From Myxococcales bacterium (GTDB lineage Bacteria; Myxococcota_A; Polyangia; Polyangiales; DASUME01): a DNA stretch of 64,000 bases. Position numbers and translations under genes: made by a program. Below are positions 33,596-43,826 of the stretch, one piece after another. Location of the stretch: NCBI GenBank assembly GCA_047601445.1, contig JASGJH010000001.1:6624001-6688000 (forward strand), given 5' to 3'. The notes beneath the pieces were generated by a model, which did no database searches, had not been told where the DNA came from, and saw only the letters and a list, made by a program, of their open reading frames with translations. Each line of letters opens with the position of its first letter. Position 1 is the stretch's first letter.

Positions 33596-34636
33596 ATGAG
33601 CGAGCCAGCAAAGCCGTACATTGGTGGTCAGGCCGTGATCGAGGGCGTGATGATGCGCGCCCCCAAGTGCCTGACGGTGGCGGTGCGTCGTCCCGACGGA
33701 TCCATCGCGGTCCGCGAGGGGCCCCTGCGCGCCAAACTGTTGAACGGTCCGCTCAGCAAGGTCCCGGGCCTGCGCGGCGTGGTGATGCTGGTGGAGTCGC
33801 TCTCACTCGGCTACGGCGCGCTGCGCTTCTCGGCCGAGCAGCAGATGACCGAGGAGGAGCGCAAGCAAGCCGGCGACGGTGGAGGCGCGGCCTTCATCTC
33901 GCTGGTGTTCGCGCTCGGGCTCTTCATGTTGCTACCCCAGGGGCTCACCTCGGGTCTGGCCAAGCTCATCGGCGCCCAGTGGGACCTGCAGTCGCCCGCC
34001 TTCCACGCCATCACGGGCGGCTTCAAGCTGCTGGTGTTCTCGGCGTATCTCGCGCTGATCAGCCGCTTCGAAGAAGTGCGCCGCGTGTTCCAGTATCACG
34101 GCGCCGAACACAAGACGATCTTCGCCTACGAGGCCGGCCTGCCGCTCAACGTGGAGAACGTGCGCAAGCAGTCCACGCTGCACCCACGCTGCGGCACCAC
34201 GTTCCTGGTAATCGTCATCGGCGTGTCCATCTTGCTCGGCGCCACCGTGACCCCGCTGCTCTTGCCCAACGCACAGGGCACCGTGGGCTGGATCCTCACC
34301 CTGCTCTTGCGCGTGGCGCTGCTGCCCTTCGTGGCAGCCATCTCGTACGAGCTGCAGCGCTTTTCGGCGCGGTACTGCACCACGGGGCCGCTGCGTGTGC
34401 TGCTCTATCCGGGCTTTCTGTTCCAGAAGATCACCACCCGTGAGCCCGACGATCAGCAGCTCGAGATCGCCATCGCGGCCATGGAAGTGGCGCGCGTGGG
34501 CGAGGAGAGCGCCCTGCGTGAGGCGCAGGCCAGCGCGCAACACGAGGCCACGCCCGATCGCGTGCATGTATTTCCGACCTTTGCGGGGGTTGCCGCCGCG
34601 GTCGATCGAGGACTCGCCCCCCAGATGGCGGAGTGA
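33596..34636 (+). CDS. DUF1385 domain membrane protein
   Basis: IGGQAVIEGVMMR, FQYHGAEHK, HPRCGTTF, TTREP; usual position after rpmE. Confidence 0.92.
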   Translation: MSEPAKPYIGGQAVIEGVMMRAPKCLTVAVRRPDGSIAVREGPLRAKLLNGPLSKVPGLRGVVMLVESLSLGYGALRFSAEQQMTEEERKQAGDGGGAAFISLVFALGLFMLLPQGLTSGLAKLIGAQWDLQSPAFHAITGGFKLLVFSAYLALISRFEEVRRVFQYHGAEHKTIFAYEAGLPLNVENVRKQSTLHPRCGTTFLVIVIGVSILLGATVTPLLLPNAQGTVGWILTLLLRVALLPFVAAISYELQRFSARYCTTGPLRVLLYPGFLFQKITTREPDDQQLEIAIAAMEVARVGEESALREAQASAQHEATPDRVHVFPTFAGVAAAVDRGLAPQMAE

Positions 34637-34645
34637 AGGCGCAGC

Positions 34646-35719
34646 ATGTTGCCGATCCGAAAGTTGGAGTCGCTCGCGGCGCGCTTCGCCGAACTCGAGG
34701 AGCTCCTCTGTCAGCCCCACATCCTGTCGGACGCCAAGAAGTACACCGAGCTCAATCGTGAGCGCGCCGACTTGAACGAGCTGGTGCAGACCTTTTCGCG
34801 CTACCAGACCACCACGAAGCAGCTGGCCGACGACCGCGCGGCGCTCGCGGACCCCGAGTTGCGCGAGCTGGCCGAGCTCGAGATCCCCGAGCTCGAGCAG
34901 AAACTCATCGAGCTCGAGGCCGCGATCAACCTGCTGCTTCTGCCGAGCGACCCCAACGACGCCCGCAACACCGTGCTCGAAATTCGCGCCGGCACCGGCG
35001 GCGAGGAGGCGGCGCTGTTCGCGGCCGACCTCTTCCGGATGTACTCGCGCTACGCCGAAGGCCGCCGCTGGAAGGTGGAAGTGCTCTCCTTGAGCGAAGC
35101 GGCCGCAGGCGGCCTCAAGGAGATCGTGGCCCTGGTGAGCGGCGAGCGGGTCTACTCCCAGCTGCGCTTCGAGGCTGGCGTGCACCGCGTCCAGCGCGTG
35201 CCCGCCACCGAGGCCCAGGGGCGTATCCACACCTCCACCGCCACCGTGGCCGTGCTGCCCGAGGCGGAGGATGTGGATGTGGAGATCCGTGAAGAAGATC
35301 TCGAAATCCAGAGCACGCACTCCGGCGGTCCCGGGGGCCAGCACGTGAACACCACGAACTCGGCCGTGCAGCTCTTCCACAAGCCCTCGGGCATCATGAT
35401 CAAGTGCCAAGAGGAGCGCTCACAGCACAAGAACAAGGCACGAGCGCTCAAGATTCTGCGCTCCAAGCTGCTCTCGGCGGCCCAGGAAGCCCACGACAAG
35501 GCCATCGCGGACGAGCGTCGCGGGATGGTCGGCTCGGGCGAGCGCTCGGAGAAGATCCGAACGTACAACTATCCGCAGAATCGTGTGACGGATCACCGCA
35601 TTGGGCTGACTCTCCACCAGCTAGACGCGATTGTTCAGGGCGATGTCGAAACCCTGTTCAGCGCCCTCCGGCAGCACCATCAGGCGGCCCTGCTGGAGGC
35701 TCAACAGAATAAGAGCTAA
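34646..35719 (+). CDS. prfA: Peptide chain release factor 1
   Basis: EIRAGTGGEEA, VPATE (PxT motif), GGQHVN, RTYNYPQNRVTDHR. Confidence 0.98.
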   Translation: MLPIRKLESLAARFAELEELLCQPHILSDAKKYTELNRERADLNELVQTFSRYQTTTKQLADDRAALADPELRELAELEIPELEQKLIELEAAINLLLLPSDPNDARNTVLEIRAGTGGEEAALFAADLFRMYSRYAEGRRWKVEVLSLSEAAAGGLKEIVALVSGERVYSQLRFEAGVHRVQRVPATEAQGRIHTSTATVAVLPEAEDVDVEIREEDLEIQSTHSGGPGGQHVNTTNSAVQLFHKPSGIMIKCQEERSQHKNKARALKILRSKLLSAAQEAHDKAIADERRGMVGSGERSEKIRTYNYPQNRVTDHRIGLTLHQLDAIVQGDVETLFSALRQHHQAALLEAQQNKS

Positions 35720-35734
35720 AGAAAACCCCAGGCC

Positions 35735-36346
35735 ATGCAGGCTCGTACCAAGCGCCGAGACGGACGTATCAGTCGTTACTCCGAGGCCTCCGTGCCCACG
35801 GAATACGGCGACATGCGCGTCGTCGTGTATCACGAGGCGGGCACCCACCACGAACACGCAGCCATCGTGTACGGCGACGTGCAAGGCAAGAGCGCGGTGC
35901 TCGTGCGGGTTCACAGCGAGTGCTTCACCGGTGAGGTCCTGCACTCCCTCAAGTGCGACTGCCGCGAGCAGCTCGACTACGCGCTGCGCGCCATCGTGGC
36001 CGAGGGAGCGGGAGCCGTGGTGTACCTGCGCCAGGAAGGTCGCGGCATCGGGCTCGGCAACAAGATCCGCGCCTATGCCCTGCAGAAGGAGCACGGTGCG
36101 GACACCGTGGACGCCAACCGCATGCTCGGCTTCGAGGACGACCTACGCGCGTACCACGCTGCCGCGGAGATGTTCGCCGACCTCGGCATTCAGTCGCTGC
36201 GCCTGCTGACCAACAACCCCGCCAAGGTGGACGCGCTGCGCCACGAGGGGCTGAGCGTCGAACGCGTGCCCGTGACCATCGAGCCGGGCGACCACAACAA
36301 GGACTATATCCACACGAAGCGGCAGAGGATGGGTCACCTCCCCTGA
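35735..36346 (+). CDS. ribA: GTP cyclohydrolase II (stand-alone)
   Basis: RVHSECFTG, CDC, QEGRGIGL, LLTNNP. Confidence 0.96.
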   Translation: MQARTKRRDGRISRYSEASVPTEYGDMRVVVYHEAGTHHEHAAIVYGDVQGKSAVLVRVHSECFTGEVLHSLKCDCREQLDYALRAIVAEGAGAVVYLRQEGRGIGLGNKIRAYALQKEHGADTVDANRMLGFEDDLRAYHAAAEMFADLGIQSLRLLTNNPAKVDALRHEGLSVERVPVTIEPGDHNKDYIHTKRQRMGHLP

Positions 36347-36547
36347 GGGATGGGTTGGCGGCCGAGGTTGCGACGGCGACGATCCCTACGCCGCAGCCAA
36401 CCACCACCGACGATCGGCGGCTGCCCTCCTGTGCGTCGAGGCTTCGGTGTCATCTCCGTAACACGCTCTCTCCCCCTGCAACATGCGTGTGCCAAGACTG
36501 CCGCATCCCTACCCGGCGCGCGAGGGCTGCACTAGATCGCGCTCGCA

Positions 36548-37774
36548 ATGGGACGTCGTCAGCGCCCGTCGAGGCCGTGTAGTTGCATCCTTTCAGCACG
36601 TGCGCTGCTGCTCTTCTCGCTCTCGATTCTCGTCGCATGCTCCGCCTCCGAGACGGTGAAGCCTGCGCGCGGCGCCACGCTCGATGAAGCGCGCGCACGC
36701 GACGCGGTCTCCACGTACGCAGCCATCGCCCACGCCAGCTACCAAGATTCGCTCGCGACGGCGCGCGTACTCGACGAGAAAATCGGCGCCTTCCTGAGCG
36801 CGCCCTCCGCGGAGAGCCAGGAGGCCGCCAAGCAGGCCTGGCTCGCTGCGCGCGTGCCCTACGTACAGACCGAAGTCTTTCGCTTCTACGACGGCCCCAT
36901 CGATCGCGTGGAGCTGTGGGTCAACACGTGGCCCATCGACGAGAATTTCGTGGATAGCAGCGATCCCAGCCTGCCACCTGGAGTGATCGGCGACCGCGCG
37001 CACTATCCGCAGCTCGACGAGGCCCTGCTGCTCAAGCTCAACGGAGCGAGCAGTGAGACCAGCATCAGCACGGGCTATCACGTGATCGAATTCTTGCTGT
37101 GGGGGCAGGACACCAACCCGGGCGGCCCCGGCGCGCGTGCTTTCAGTGACTTCGTGGGCGAACAGGGCAGCGTCCAGGTACGTCGCGGCGAATACCTCCG
37201 CGTCGCCTCGGGCCTCCTGGTGAAGCAACTCTCTGAGGTGGCCGCAGAGTGGGCGCCCGGCGTGAGCACCAACTTTCGCGCCCGTCTCGCCACCATGCCC
37301 GTGCGCAACGCGCTCGGTTTGATGTTCAAGGGTATGGGTGCGCTGTCGGGACCCGAGCTCGCGGGCGAGCGTCTCACGGTGGCCTACGAGACCAAGGATC
37401 AGGAGAACGAACACTCCTGCTTCAGCGACAGCACTCAGCGCGACATGGTCGGGGATGCCTATGGCGTCGAGAACCTGTGCCTCGGTCGCTACGGACGCGA
37501 CACGCTGGGACCCGGCTTGTGCGAGCTGGTGAAGTCGGTGGACGCCAGTTTGGGCGAGACCCTGCAGCGCCAGATCCGCGCGAGCGTGGCGGCTGCCCGG
37601 ACCATCCCAGCTCCCTTCGATCAGGCGATTTTGGGGCCCGACACCGAGCCGGGTCGCACGGCGATCCTCAAGACGATCCGCGCGCTCGAGGCGCAAACCA
37701 CCTCCATCGCTCAGAGCGCCAGCGCGCTCGGCGCCGACCTGGGGCTCGCGACGGCCAAGGCGGGCGCCCCATGA
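36548..37774 (+). CDS. Imelysin (IrpA-like, peptidase M75 family) lipoprotein
   Basis: Lipobox LVAC; NTWPIDE, TGYHVIEFLLWGQD (GxHxxE), EHSCFSD. Confidence 0.92.
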   Translation: MGRRQRPSRPCSCILSARALLLFSLSILVACSASETVKPARGATLDEARARDAVSTYAAIAHASYQDSLATARVLDEKIGAFLSAPSAESQEAAKQAWLAARVPYVQTEVFRFYDGPIDRVELWVNTWPIDENFVDSSDPSLPPGVIGDRAHYPQLDEALLLKLNGASSETSISTGYHVIEFLLWGQDTNPGGPGARAFSDFVGEQGSVQVRRGEYLRVASGLLVKQLSEVAAEWAPGVSTNFRARLATMPVRNALGLMFKGMGALSGPELAGERLTVAYETKDQENEHSCFSDSTQRDMVGDAYGVENLCLGRYGRDTLGPGLCELVKSVDASLGETLQRQIRASVAAARTIPAPFDQAILGPDTEPGRTAILKTIRALEAQTTSIAQSASALGADLGLATAKAGAP

Positions 37775-39156
37775 TGCAAGGCTGGTCGTGGTTGTGCGCA
37801 GCGCTCGCCCTGGCGCCGCTCGCAAGTGCGTGCAGTGAACGCGCTCATGCCTCGTCGGAGCCGCGCTCAGGCGGCGCCGCCACCGTATTCGACGCCACGC
37901 GCGACGCCTTCAGCTTGCCGGTTCCAGAGCTCACCGAGGTCCAGCGCGCACAATTCTTCGTGGGCAACTCGTTCTTCAACCAGAACTGGGTCGCCGCGCC
38001 CGCCAGCGTGCCCGAACGCGACGGCTTGGGCCCGCTGTTCAACGCTCGCTCTTGCTCGGGCTGCCACTTCAAGGACGGCCGAGGGCGACCTCCGGAACCT
38101 GGTGAGCCCTTCGTGAGCATGTTGTTGCGCATCGGCGTGCCCGGCCTCGACGAGCACGGCGCACCGCGCGGCCACGAAGTCTATGGCGATCAGCTGCAGG
38201 GATCGGCGCTGCCTGCGCTCGCCAGCGAAGGGGACGCGCGCGTGAGCTACAGCCCCGTCGAGCGACGCTTCGCGGACGGTGAGTCGTATCAGCTGCTCGC
38301 ACCGAGCTACCGCATCGACAATCCGGGCTACGGCCCGCTGCCGAGCGATCTGCGGATCTCGCCCCGCGTGGCGCCGATGATGGCTGGACTCGGTCTGCTC
38401 GAGGCGGTGCCCGAAGCGACGCTGCGGACACTGAGCGACGAGCAGGATCGCGACGGGGATGGCATCTCGGGTCGCTTGAACATGGTCTGGGATCAGGCTG
38501 CCCAACGGCAGGCGCCAGGACGCATGGGATGGAAGGCCGAGCAGCCTTCGGTGCGCCAACAGATCGCCGGGGCGTTCCTGGGCGATATGGGGCTCTCGAG
38601 TGAGCTCTTCGCCGGCGACAATCACTCGCCCTCGCAGACTGCGGCACAGGCGTTTCCCGACGGCGGCAAGCCCGAGGTCAATCCGCGCACGCTCGAGAGC
38701 ATCACCGTGTACGCGCGAGCACTGGCGGTGCCAGCTCGACGTGACGTGCAGAACGAACAGGTCCTGCGCGGGGAGCATCTATTCGCCGAGGCCAAGTGCA
38801 CGGCCTGCCACGTGTCCAACCTTCGCACCGGCAAGGTGCAGGATCTGGCAGCCCTCTCGGACCAGCTCATTCATCCCTACACGGACATGCTCTTGCACGA
38901 TATGGGCGAAGCGCTCTCGGACGCGCGCCCCAGCTTCCTCGCCGAGGGCAGCGAGTGGCGGACGCCGCCGCTCTGGGGCATCGGACTCGTGCGCAAGGTC
39001 AACGGACACACCCGCTTTCTGCACGACGGCCGCGCCCGTGACCTGCGCGAAGCCGTGCTGTGGCACGGCGGCGAGGCCAATGCGTCGCGCAGCGCTTTCG
39101 AGCGCATGCCGCGCGAAGACCGTGCCGCCCTGATCACCTTCTTGGAATCGCTATGA
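37771..39156 (+). CDS. Di-heme oxidoreductase family (DHOR) lipoprotein
   Basis: Two CXXCH motifs (CSGCH, CTACH); GLGPLFN, WRTPPLWGIG, LHDGRAR; ATGA overlap with imelysin. Confidence 0.92.
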   Translation: MMQGWSWLCAALALAPLASACSERAHASSEPRSGGAATVFDATRDAFSLPVPELTEVQRAQFFVGNSFFNQNWVAAPASVPERDGLGPLFNARSCSGCHFKDGRGRPPEPGEPFVSMLLRIGVPGLDEHGAPRGHEVYGDQLQGSALPALASEGDARVSYSPVERRFADGESYQLLAPSYRIDNPGYGPLPSDLRISPRVAPMMAGLGLLEAVPEATLRTLSDEQDRDGDGISGRLNMVWDQAAQRQAPGRMGWKAEQPSVRQQIAGAFLGDMGLSSELFAGDNHSPSQTAAQAFPDGGKPEVNPRTLESITVYARALAVPARRDVQNEQVLRGEHLFAEAKCTACHVSNLRTGKVQDLAALSDQLIHPYTDMLLHDMGEALSDARPSFLAEGSEWRTPPLWGIGLVRKVNGHTRFLHDGRARDLREAVLWHGGEANASRSAFERMPREDRAALITFLESL

Positions 39157-40250
39157 GGAACGAGGTCTCGCGGGAGATGCATCGCAGAGCTTTCTTGCGG
39201 CAGTTGGCCGCCTCGAGCGCCGCCCTGTACGGCGCAACCCTGTGGTCGGCCTGCTCGCATCCCCCCTCGCGCAAGGAAGTGCTCGCGGCCCTGGTGCAAG
39301 ACGTCGTCGTGCCCGACGTGCGGGCGCTGGCCAAGGAGAGCCAAGCACTCGAGGTCAGCGCCACGGCCTTCGCGCGCGCGCCGTCCCAGGCGGGACTCGA
39401 TGCGCTGCAAGCCCAGTGGAAGCGCTGCCTGCTCGCCTGGAAGAAGGGCTTCGCCTTTCGAGCGGGACCCATCGTGGAGTCCAACGCGCTTCTACGCACC
39501 ATGTTCTGGCCCGTGCGCAGCCGCGAGATCGACAGCTTGATCGGCGGCGCCCAGGCGATCACCGATTCGTTCGTCGAGCAGCTCGGGGTGGACCTCAAAG
39601 GGTTGTTCGCTCTGGAGCACCTGTTGTTCGATCCGCCGCAGGCGGGCCAGGGGCCGCTCGAGCGCTTCATGGGGTCGGGTGGCGCGCGCGCCAGCGAGTA
39701 CGCTGTGGCCCTCGCCAAGAACGTGAACGCCTATGCAGACGACATGCAGGCGGCACTGGGGGACGGCGCCGCCTTCGCGCGCAGCTTCTCGGAGAGCACC
39801 GAGCAGAACTTGAACTCGCTGGTGAATCAGATGGTGTCCACGGTGGAGACCGTGGCTGTGCAGCGCCTGGGCTTCACACTCGAGCTGCTCAAGAACCAGC
39901 GCTTGTCGTCGGACAGCCTGGAGGGCGGCAAGAGCGGGCTGTCGACGCAGATCTCGGAGACCCTGCTGGCGACCACGGAGCGCCTCTATCTGGGCGTGAA
40001 TGGGCATGGGCTCGCGGCGCTCACGAAGCAGGCCTCGGAGCCTATCGAGGCGCGCGTGGGCGCGGCATTCGAGGGCGCGCGCAAGACGCTCGCGGCGCTC
40101 GGTGCTCCGCTCGAGCAAGCGGCCACCAAGACCTTGGGCAAGCTCGAGGGCGCGGCGGCGGCGGCGCGCGAGCTCGAGATCGCGCTCAAGGTCGATTTGG
40201 TGAGCGCGCTCGGTGTCACCTTGACCTTCACGCTAGGCGACGGCGACTGA
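39153..40250 (+). CDS. Imelysin-like lipoprotein with Tat-type signal
   Basis: HRRAFL twin-Arg, SAC lipobox, FWP, KGLFALEHLLF, C-terminal GDGD; ATGA overlap. Confidence 0.88.
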   Translation: MRNEVSREMHRRAFLRQLAASSAALYGATLWSACSHPPSRKEVLAALVQDVVVPDVRALAKESQALEVSATAFARAPSQAGLDALQAQWKRCLLAWKKGFAFRAGPIVESNALLRTMFWPVRSREIDSLIGGAQAITDSFVEQLGVDLKGLFALEHLLFDPPQAGQGPLERFMGSGGARASEYAVALAKNVNAYADDMQAALGDGAAFARSFSESTEQNLNSLVNQMVSTVETVAVQRLGFTLELLKNQRLSSDSLEGGKSGLSTQISETLLATTERLYLGVNGHGLAALTKQASEPIEARVGAAFEGARKTLAALGAPLEQAATKTLGKLEGAAAAARELEIALKVDLVSALGVTLTFTLGDGD

Positions 40251-40378
40251 ACGAAGCACGGCATTTCGTGAGCGCAGCGAACCTCGCGCGCAGGGTGGGG
40301 CCCGGCGCGTGAGGAAGCAAACCTCGCGGAGGGGGCGTGCGAGAACCGCGACGGGCGGGGAGGTCGCCTGACCTCTCG

Positions 40379-41695
40379 TCAATAAACGCGAGCAAGCACG
40401 AAGTCGGCGCTGCTCGAGCCGGCCAGGTCGAACTCGGGATCGATTACACGTTGGGCGGGGCGGCCGTTGAGCGAGAGGAACGCGTCGGCGTACACGGACA
40501 CGGCGTGCCCCTGGGCCTGGTATTCGCTGGCGAGGTAGCGCGCGAAGGCGCGCACCAACTCGGGATCCTGCGCCATCGCGTGGGTCTGCGAGCGGGTGAG
40601 AAAGCGCTGAGGCAAGACGCGTAGCTCGCTGCCTTGCTGTTGGTCGCGTACGCGGAAACTCACGCTGCCGGCGCGCTCGGCGAGCATCACCTTCCAGGCG
40701 AAGTCGAAGCCGCGGCCGCTCCAGGCAGCGTCCGTGCCCCGCGCGTGCTGGTAGAGCGGCACAGCCAACTGCGTGAGCACGTGCAGGGCGAACAAGGGCT
40801 TGAGCCAGGTGAGCTTCCGCGCCTGTACGTCTGGCAGGTCGCGGCGCGTCGGCGGAAACACGTTGCGCAAGAACCGGCGCGGCCAGTCGGGTGCGAAGAA
40901 AAGCGTGGCAGCGAGCATCATGATCCACGGAAACATGCCGATCGGGAACCACAGCCCGGTGAGCGCGTGGAAGCTGACCAAGGCCGCGTAGGCCCAGGCC
41001 CGTGTGCGGCGCCAGAGCAGGGCAGGCACGATGAAGAGATCGAACGCAGCGCCAGCCCAGCTGAAGGCGAAGGCCACCTTTGGTTCACTCAACCAGGCAC
41101 CGACGAGCGGAAAATCACGCTGTGCCGAGAGCCAGATGCGGAGCGGCTGGGCGTGCAGGAGCCAGTCAGCGTCCAGCTTGGCGATGCCCGCGAACACGTA
41201 GACCACGCCGACCTGCGCGCGCAGGGTCCACAGGCAGAAGGCGGGGATGCTCGCGGCCGTGCGTCCCTTGCGCAGTGCATCGAGCGAGAACGCGTCGGCT
41301 GCGGGCAAGCACGCGAGCAAGAAGCAGAGCAACGAGATCAAGTAGTAGTGATTCAAGTACGTGGAGCGCTCGATCAACTCGAGGTACACGAAGCCGAGCC
41401 CGAACAGCACGCTCGAGGCGCGATAAAACAGCCCGAGCGACATGCAGGCTGCGCACAGCGCGAGCACGCCGAGCGAGAGTTCGAGCCACGGTGCGGGCAA
41501 CGGGCGCACGAAGGAGAGTCCTTCGTAGGTGAAGTGAAATTGGGGTTGTACTAGTTGGGCCGCGAAGAAGCCCTTGAGCCAGAAGCGCACGAGCGCAACG
41601 CACATCACGGCGCCGAAACCCGCCCGAAAGAAGGCCAAAGACGCGATGTCCACGCGCGCGTCGAGCCCAACCTTCCGTGCATGGCGTTCAAGCAC
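40379..41695 (-). CDS. HTTM domain protein (vitamin K-dependent gamma-carboxylase-like)
   Basis: ASLAFFR, YLNHYYL, AGIAKLDADWL, IGMFPWIM, FAWKVML, SLNGRP; start uncertain. Confidence 0.9.
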   Translation of the reverse strand: MLERHARKVGLDARVDIASLAFFRAGFGAVMCVALVRFWLKGFFAAQLVQPQFHFTYEGLSFVRPLPAPWLELSLGVLALCAACMSLGLFYRASSVLFGLGFVYLELIERSTYLNHYYLISLLCFLLACLPAADAFSLDALRKGRTAASIPAFCLWTLRAQVGVVYVFAGIAKLDADWLLHAQPLRIWLSAQRDFPLVGAWLSEPKVAFAFSWAGAAFDLFIVPALLWRRTRAWAYAALVSFHALTGLWFPIGMFPWIMMLAATLFFAPDWPRRFLRNVFPPTRRDLPDVQARKLTWLKPLFALHVLTQLAVPLYQHARGTDAAWSGRGFDFAWKVMLAERAGSVSFRVRDQQQGSELRVLPQRFLTRSQTHAMAQDPELVRAFARYLASEYQAQGHAVSVYADAFLSLNGRPAQRVIDPEFDLAGSSSADFVLARVY

Positions 41696-41893
41696 TGGGG
41701 CAAAACTGACCTTGTGTGTTCTCGGTTCGATGGCGCTTCGGTGACGTCGTGGAAACGATGACGAACGTGCGACGAACGTGCGCGCAACCAACTGGGGATG
41801 ACGCCAGAGCGCCGTCAATTCGCTCCCGAGATGTGACGGTAGATGTCTCGCTCACCCCGTAGATTCCGCGGCACTAAAGGAAGGACCACCAAG

Positions 41894-43717
41894 ATGCGCA
41901 CACGTGACTTGCTCGCGACCGCGATGCTGCTCTCCATGGGCACCGTCGGTTGCGCCGATCTCTCGGGATCAGACGCACAGGACGACAACCAGGAGCAGCT
42001 CGGAACTGCTACCCTCTCGCTCACCAAGGCGCCTGCCGATGCGCAGTGCCTTCGCGTCAGCGTCCAGGGCTCGGCCCGCAGCCTGACCAAGCTTCTGCCC
42101 CTCACGAACGGGCAGTCCTCGATCTTCCGCCTGGAAGGTCTCCCCGTCGGCCTCACCTCGTTCACCGGTGAAGCCTTCAACGCTCCCTGTGCTGGCGTGT
42201 TCACGAACTCCGTGCGCAGCTGGTACAGCGAGCCCGTGCAGGCCCAGGTGAAGGTCTCGCCCGCGGTGCACGTGGTGCTCGAGATGATCCGCAACGGCCG
42301 CGCCGAAGTCGCCGTCGACTTCAACGACACGAACGGCCCCAAGTCCGATCCGGCCGCCGCAGAGCTGCCCGGCGTGACCTCCTCGCAGACGCCCTACCTG
42401 GTCCCCGTGGCCGCGGGCGTGCAGATCAAGGCGCTGCTCACGGTGGGTGACGCCGTGGGTCTCAAGCCCGACGGCGTGACACCCTACCGCATGGTGGGCA
42501 TCCCCGACGGCCTTGGTGCCTTCGAGAACGGCGACGGCACCTTCACGCTGCTGTCGAACCACGAGATCAGCACCGGTGGCATCGTGCGCGCCCACGGCGG
42601 CACGGGCGCGTTCGTGTCCAAGTGGCGCATTCGTCAGTCCGACAAGGCCGTGCTCTCGGGCTCCGACGTGATCCAGACGGTGATGCTCTGGGACAGCACC
42701 CTCAATGCGCACGTGGCGTCCGCCACGCCCGTGAACTTCGCCCGCTTCTGCTCCGCTGACCTCCCGCTCACCAGCGCGTTCTACGACGCGGTCAGCGGTC
42801 TCGGGACCGAGCAGCGCTTCTTCCTCAACGGTGAAGAGTCCGGCGCCGAAGGCAAGCCCATGGCCCACGGCCTCGACGGCGTGAGCTACGAGATCGCCCG
42901 TCTCGGCAACGCCTCCTGGGAAAACCTGCTCGCCAACCCCGCCACCGGCATCCGCACTGTGATCGCCGGTACGGACGACGGCGACGGTGGCCAAGTGGTG
43001 TTCTACGTCGGCGACAAGACCAACACCGGCACCCCCGCCGACAAGGCCGGTCTCACCAACGGCCTGCTCTACGCAGTGGCCGTGCCCGGCATCGACGCCG
43101 AGTCCGACGCGACCGGCATCGCCGCCAATCGCTTCGAGATGGTGGAACTCGGCGACGTGTCCGGCATGACCGGCGCCCAGGTGGAAGCGGCCCACGACGC
43201 GCTGCACTCCATGAACTTCCAGCGTCCCGAAGACGGCGCCTGGGATCCCGTCAACCCCAACGACTTCTACTTCAACACCACGGCCAGCTTCACGGGTCAC
43301 AGCCGCCTCTGGCGCCTGCGCTTCGACGACGTGAACTCGCCTGAGCTCGGCGGCAAGATCGAGATGCTGCTCGACGGCACCGAGGGCTTCAAGATGCTCG
43401 ACAACCTCACGATCGACCGCCGGGGTCACGTGTTGTTGGTCGAGGACGTCGGCAACAACGCCTACATCGGTCGCGTGCTGCGCTACGACATCGCCACGGA
43501 CACCCTCACCGTGCTCGCTCAGCACGACCCGAACCGCTTCGTCACCGGCGCCGCTGGCTTCCTCACGCAGGATGAAGAGGCTTCCGGCATCGTGGACGCC
43601 TCCGACGTGCTCGGCGAGGGCTGGTTCCTCGTGGACACGCAGGCCCACTACGGCACGGACGCGGAGCTCGTGGAAGGCGGCCAGTTCATGGCCATCTACG
43701 ACCCGGGTTCGCTCTGA
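41894..43717 (+). CDS. Lipoprotein with PhoX/DUF839-like (alkaline phosphatase-type) domain
   Basis: Lipobox TVGC; PDGLG, NHE, RFCS, RPEDG, DNLT, VED, EASG, QAH motifs. Confidence 0.8.
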   Translation: MRTRDLLATAMLLSMGTVGCADLSGSDAQDDNQEQLGTATLSLTKAPADAQCLRVSVQGSARSLTKLLPLTNGQSSIFRLEGLPVGLTSFTGEAFNAPCAGVFTNSVRSWYSEPVQAQVKVSPAVHVVLEMIRNGRAEVAVDFNDTNGPKSDPAAAELPGVTSSQTPYLVPVAAGVQIKALLTVGDAVGLKPDGVTPYRMVGIPDGLGAFENGDGTFTLLSNHEISTGGIVRAHGGTGAFVSKWRIRQSDKAVLSGSDVIQTVMLWDSTLNAHVASATPVNFARFCSADLPLTSAFYDAVSGLGTEQRFFLNGEESGAEGKPMAHGLDGVSYEIARLGNASWENLLANPATGIRTVIAGTDDGDGGQVVFYVGDKTNTGTPADKAGLTNGLLYAVAVPGIDAESDATGIAANRFEMVELGDVSGMTGAQVEAAHDALHSMNFQRPEDGAWDPVNPNDFYFNTTASFTGHSRLWRLRFDDVNSPELGGKIEMLLDGTEGFKMLDNLTIDRRGHVLLVEDVGNNAYIGRVLRYDIATDTLTVLAQHDPNRFVTGAAGFLTQDEEASGIVDASDVLGEGWFLVDTQAHYGTDAELVEGGQFMAIYDPGSL

Positions 43718-43764
43718 GCTGCTAGCCGGCTCGATCACCCCGCAAAAGCGTGGGTAGCCCAACG

Positions 43765-43801
43765 ATCCCGCTCGAGTCTCGACTCGGGCGGGATTTTTTT
43801 T
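43765..43801 (+). terminator. Rho-independent terminator
   Basis: ATCCCGCTCGAGTC / GACTCGGGCGGGAT stem followed by a T run. Confidence 0.9.
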
Positions 43802-43826
43802 CGGTGGGCAGCGAGTTAGGCCGGGC

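Noticed and set aside
36350..36547. Fur box or riboswitch upstream of imelysin
   Set aside because: No GATAAT-type inverted repeat or recognisable aptamer consensus found by eye
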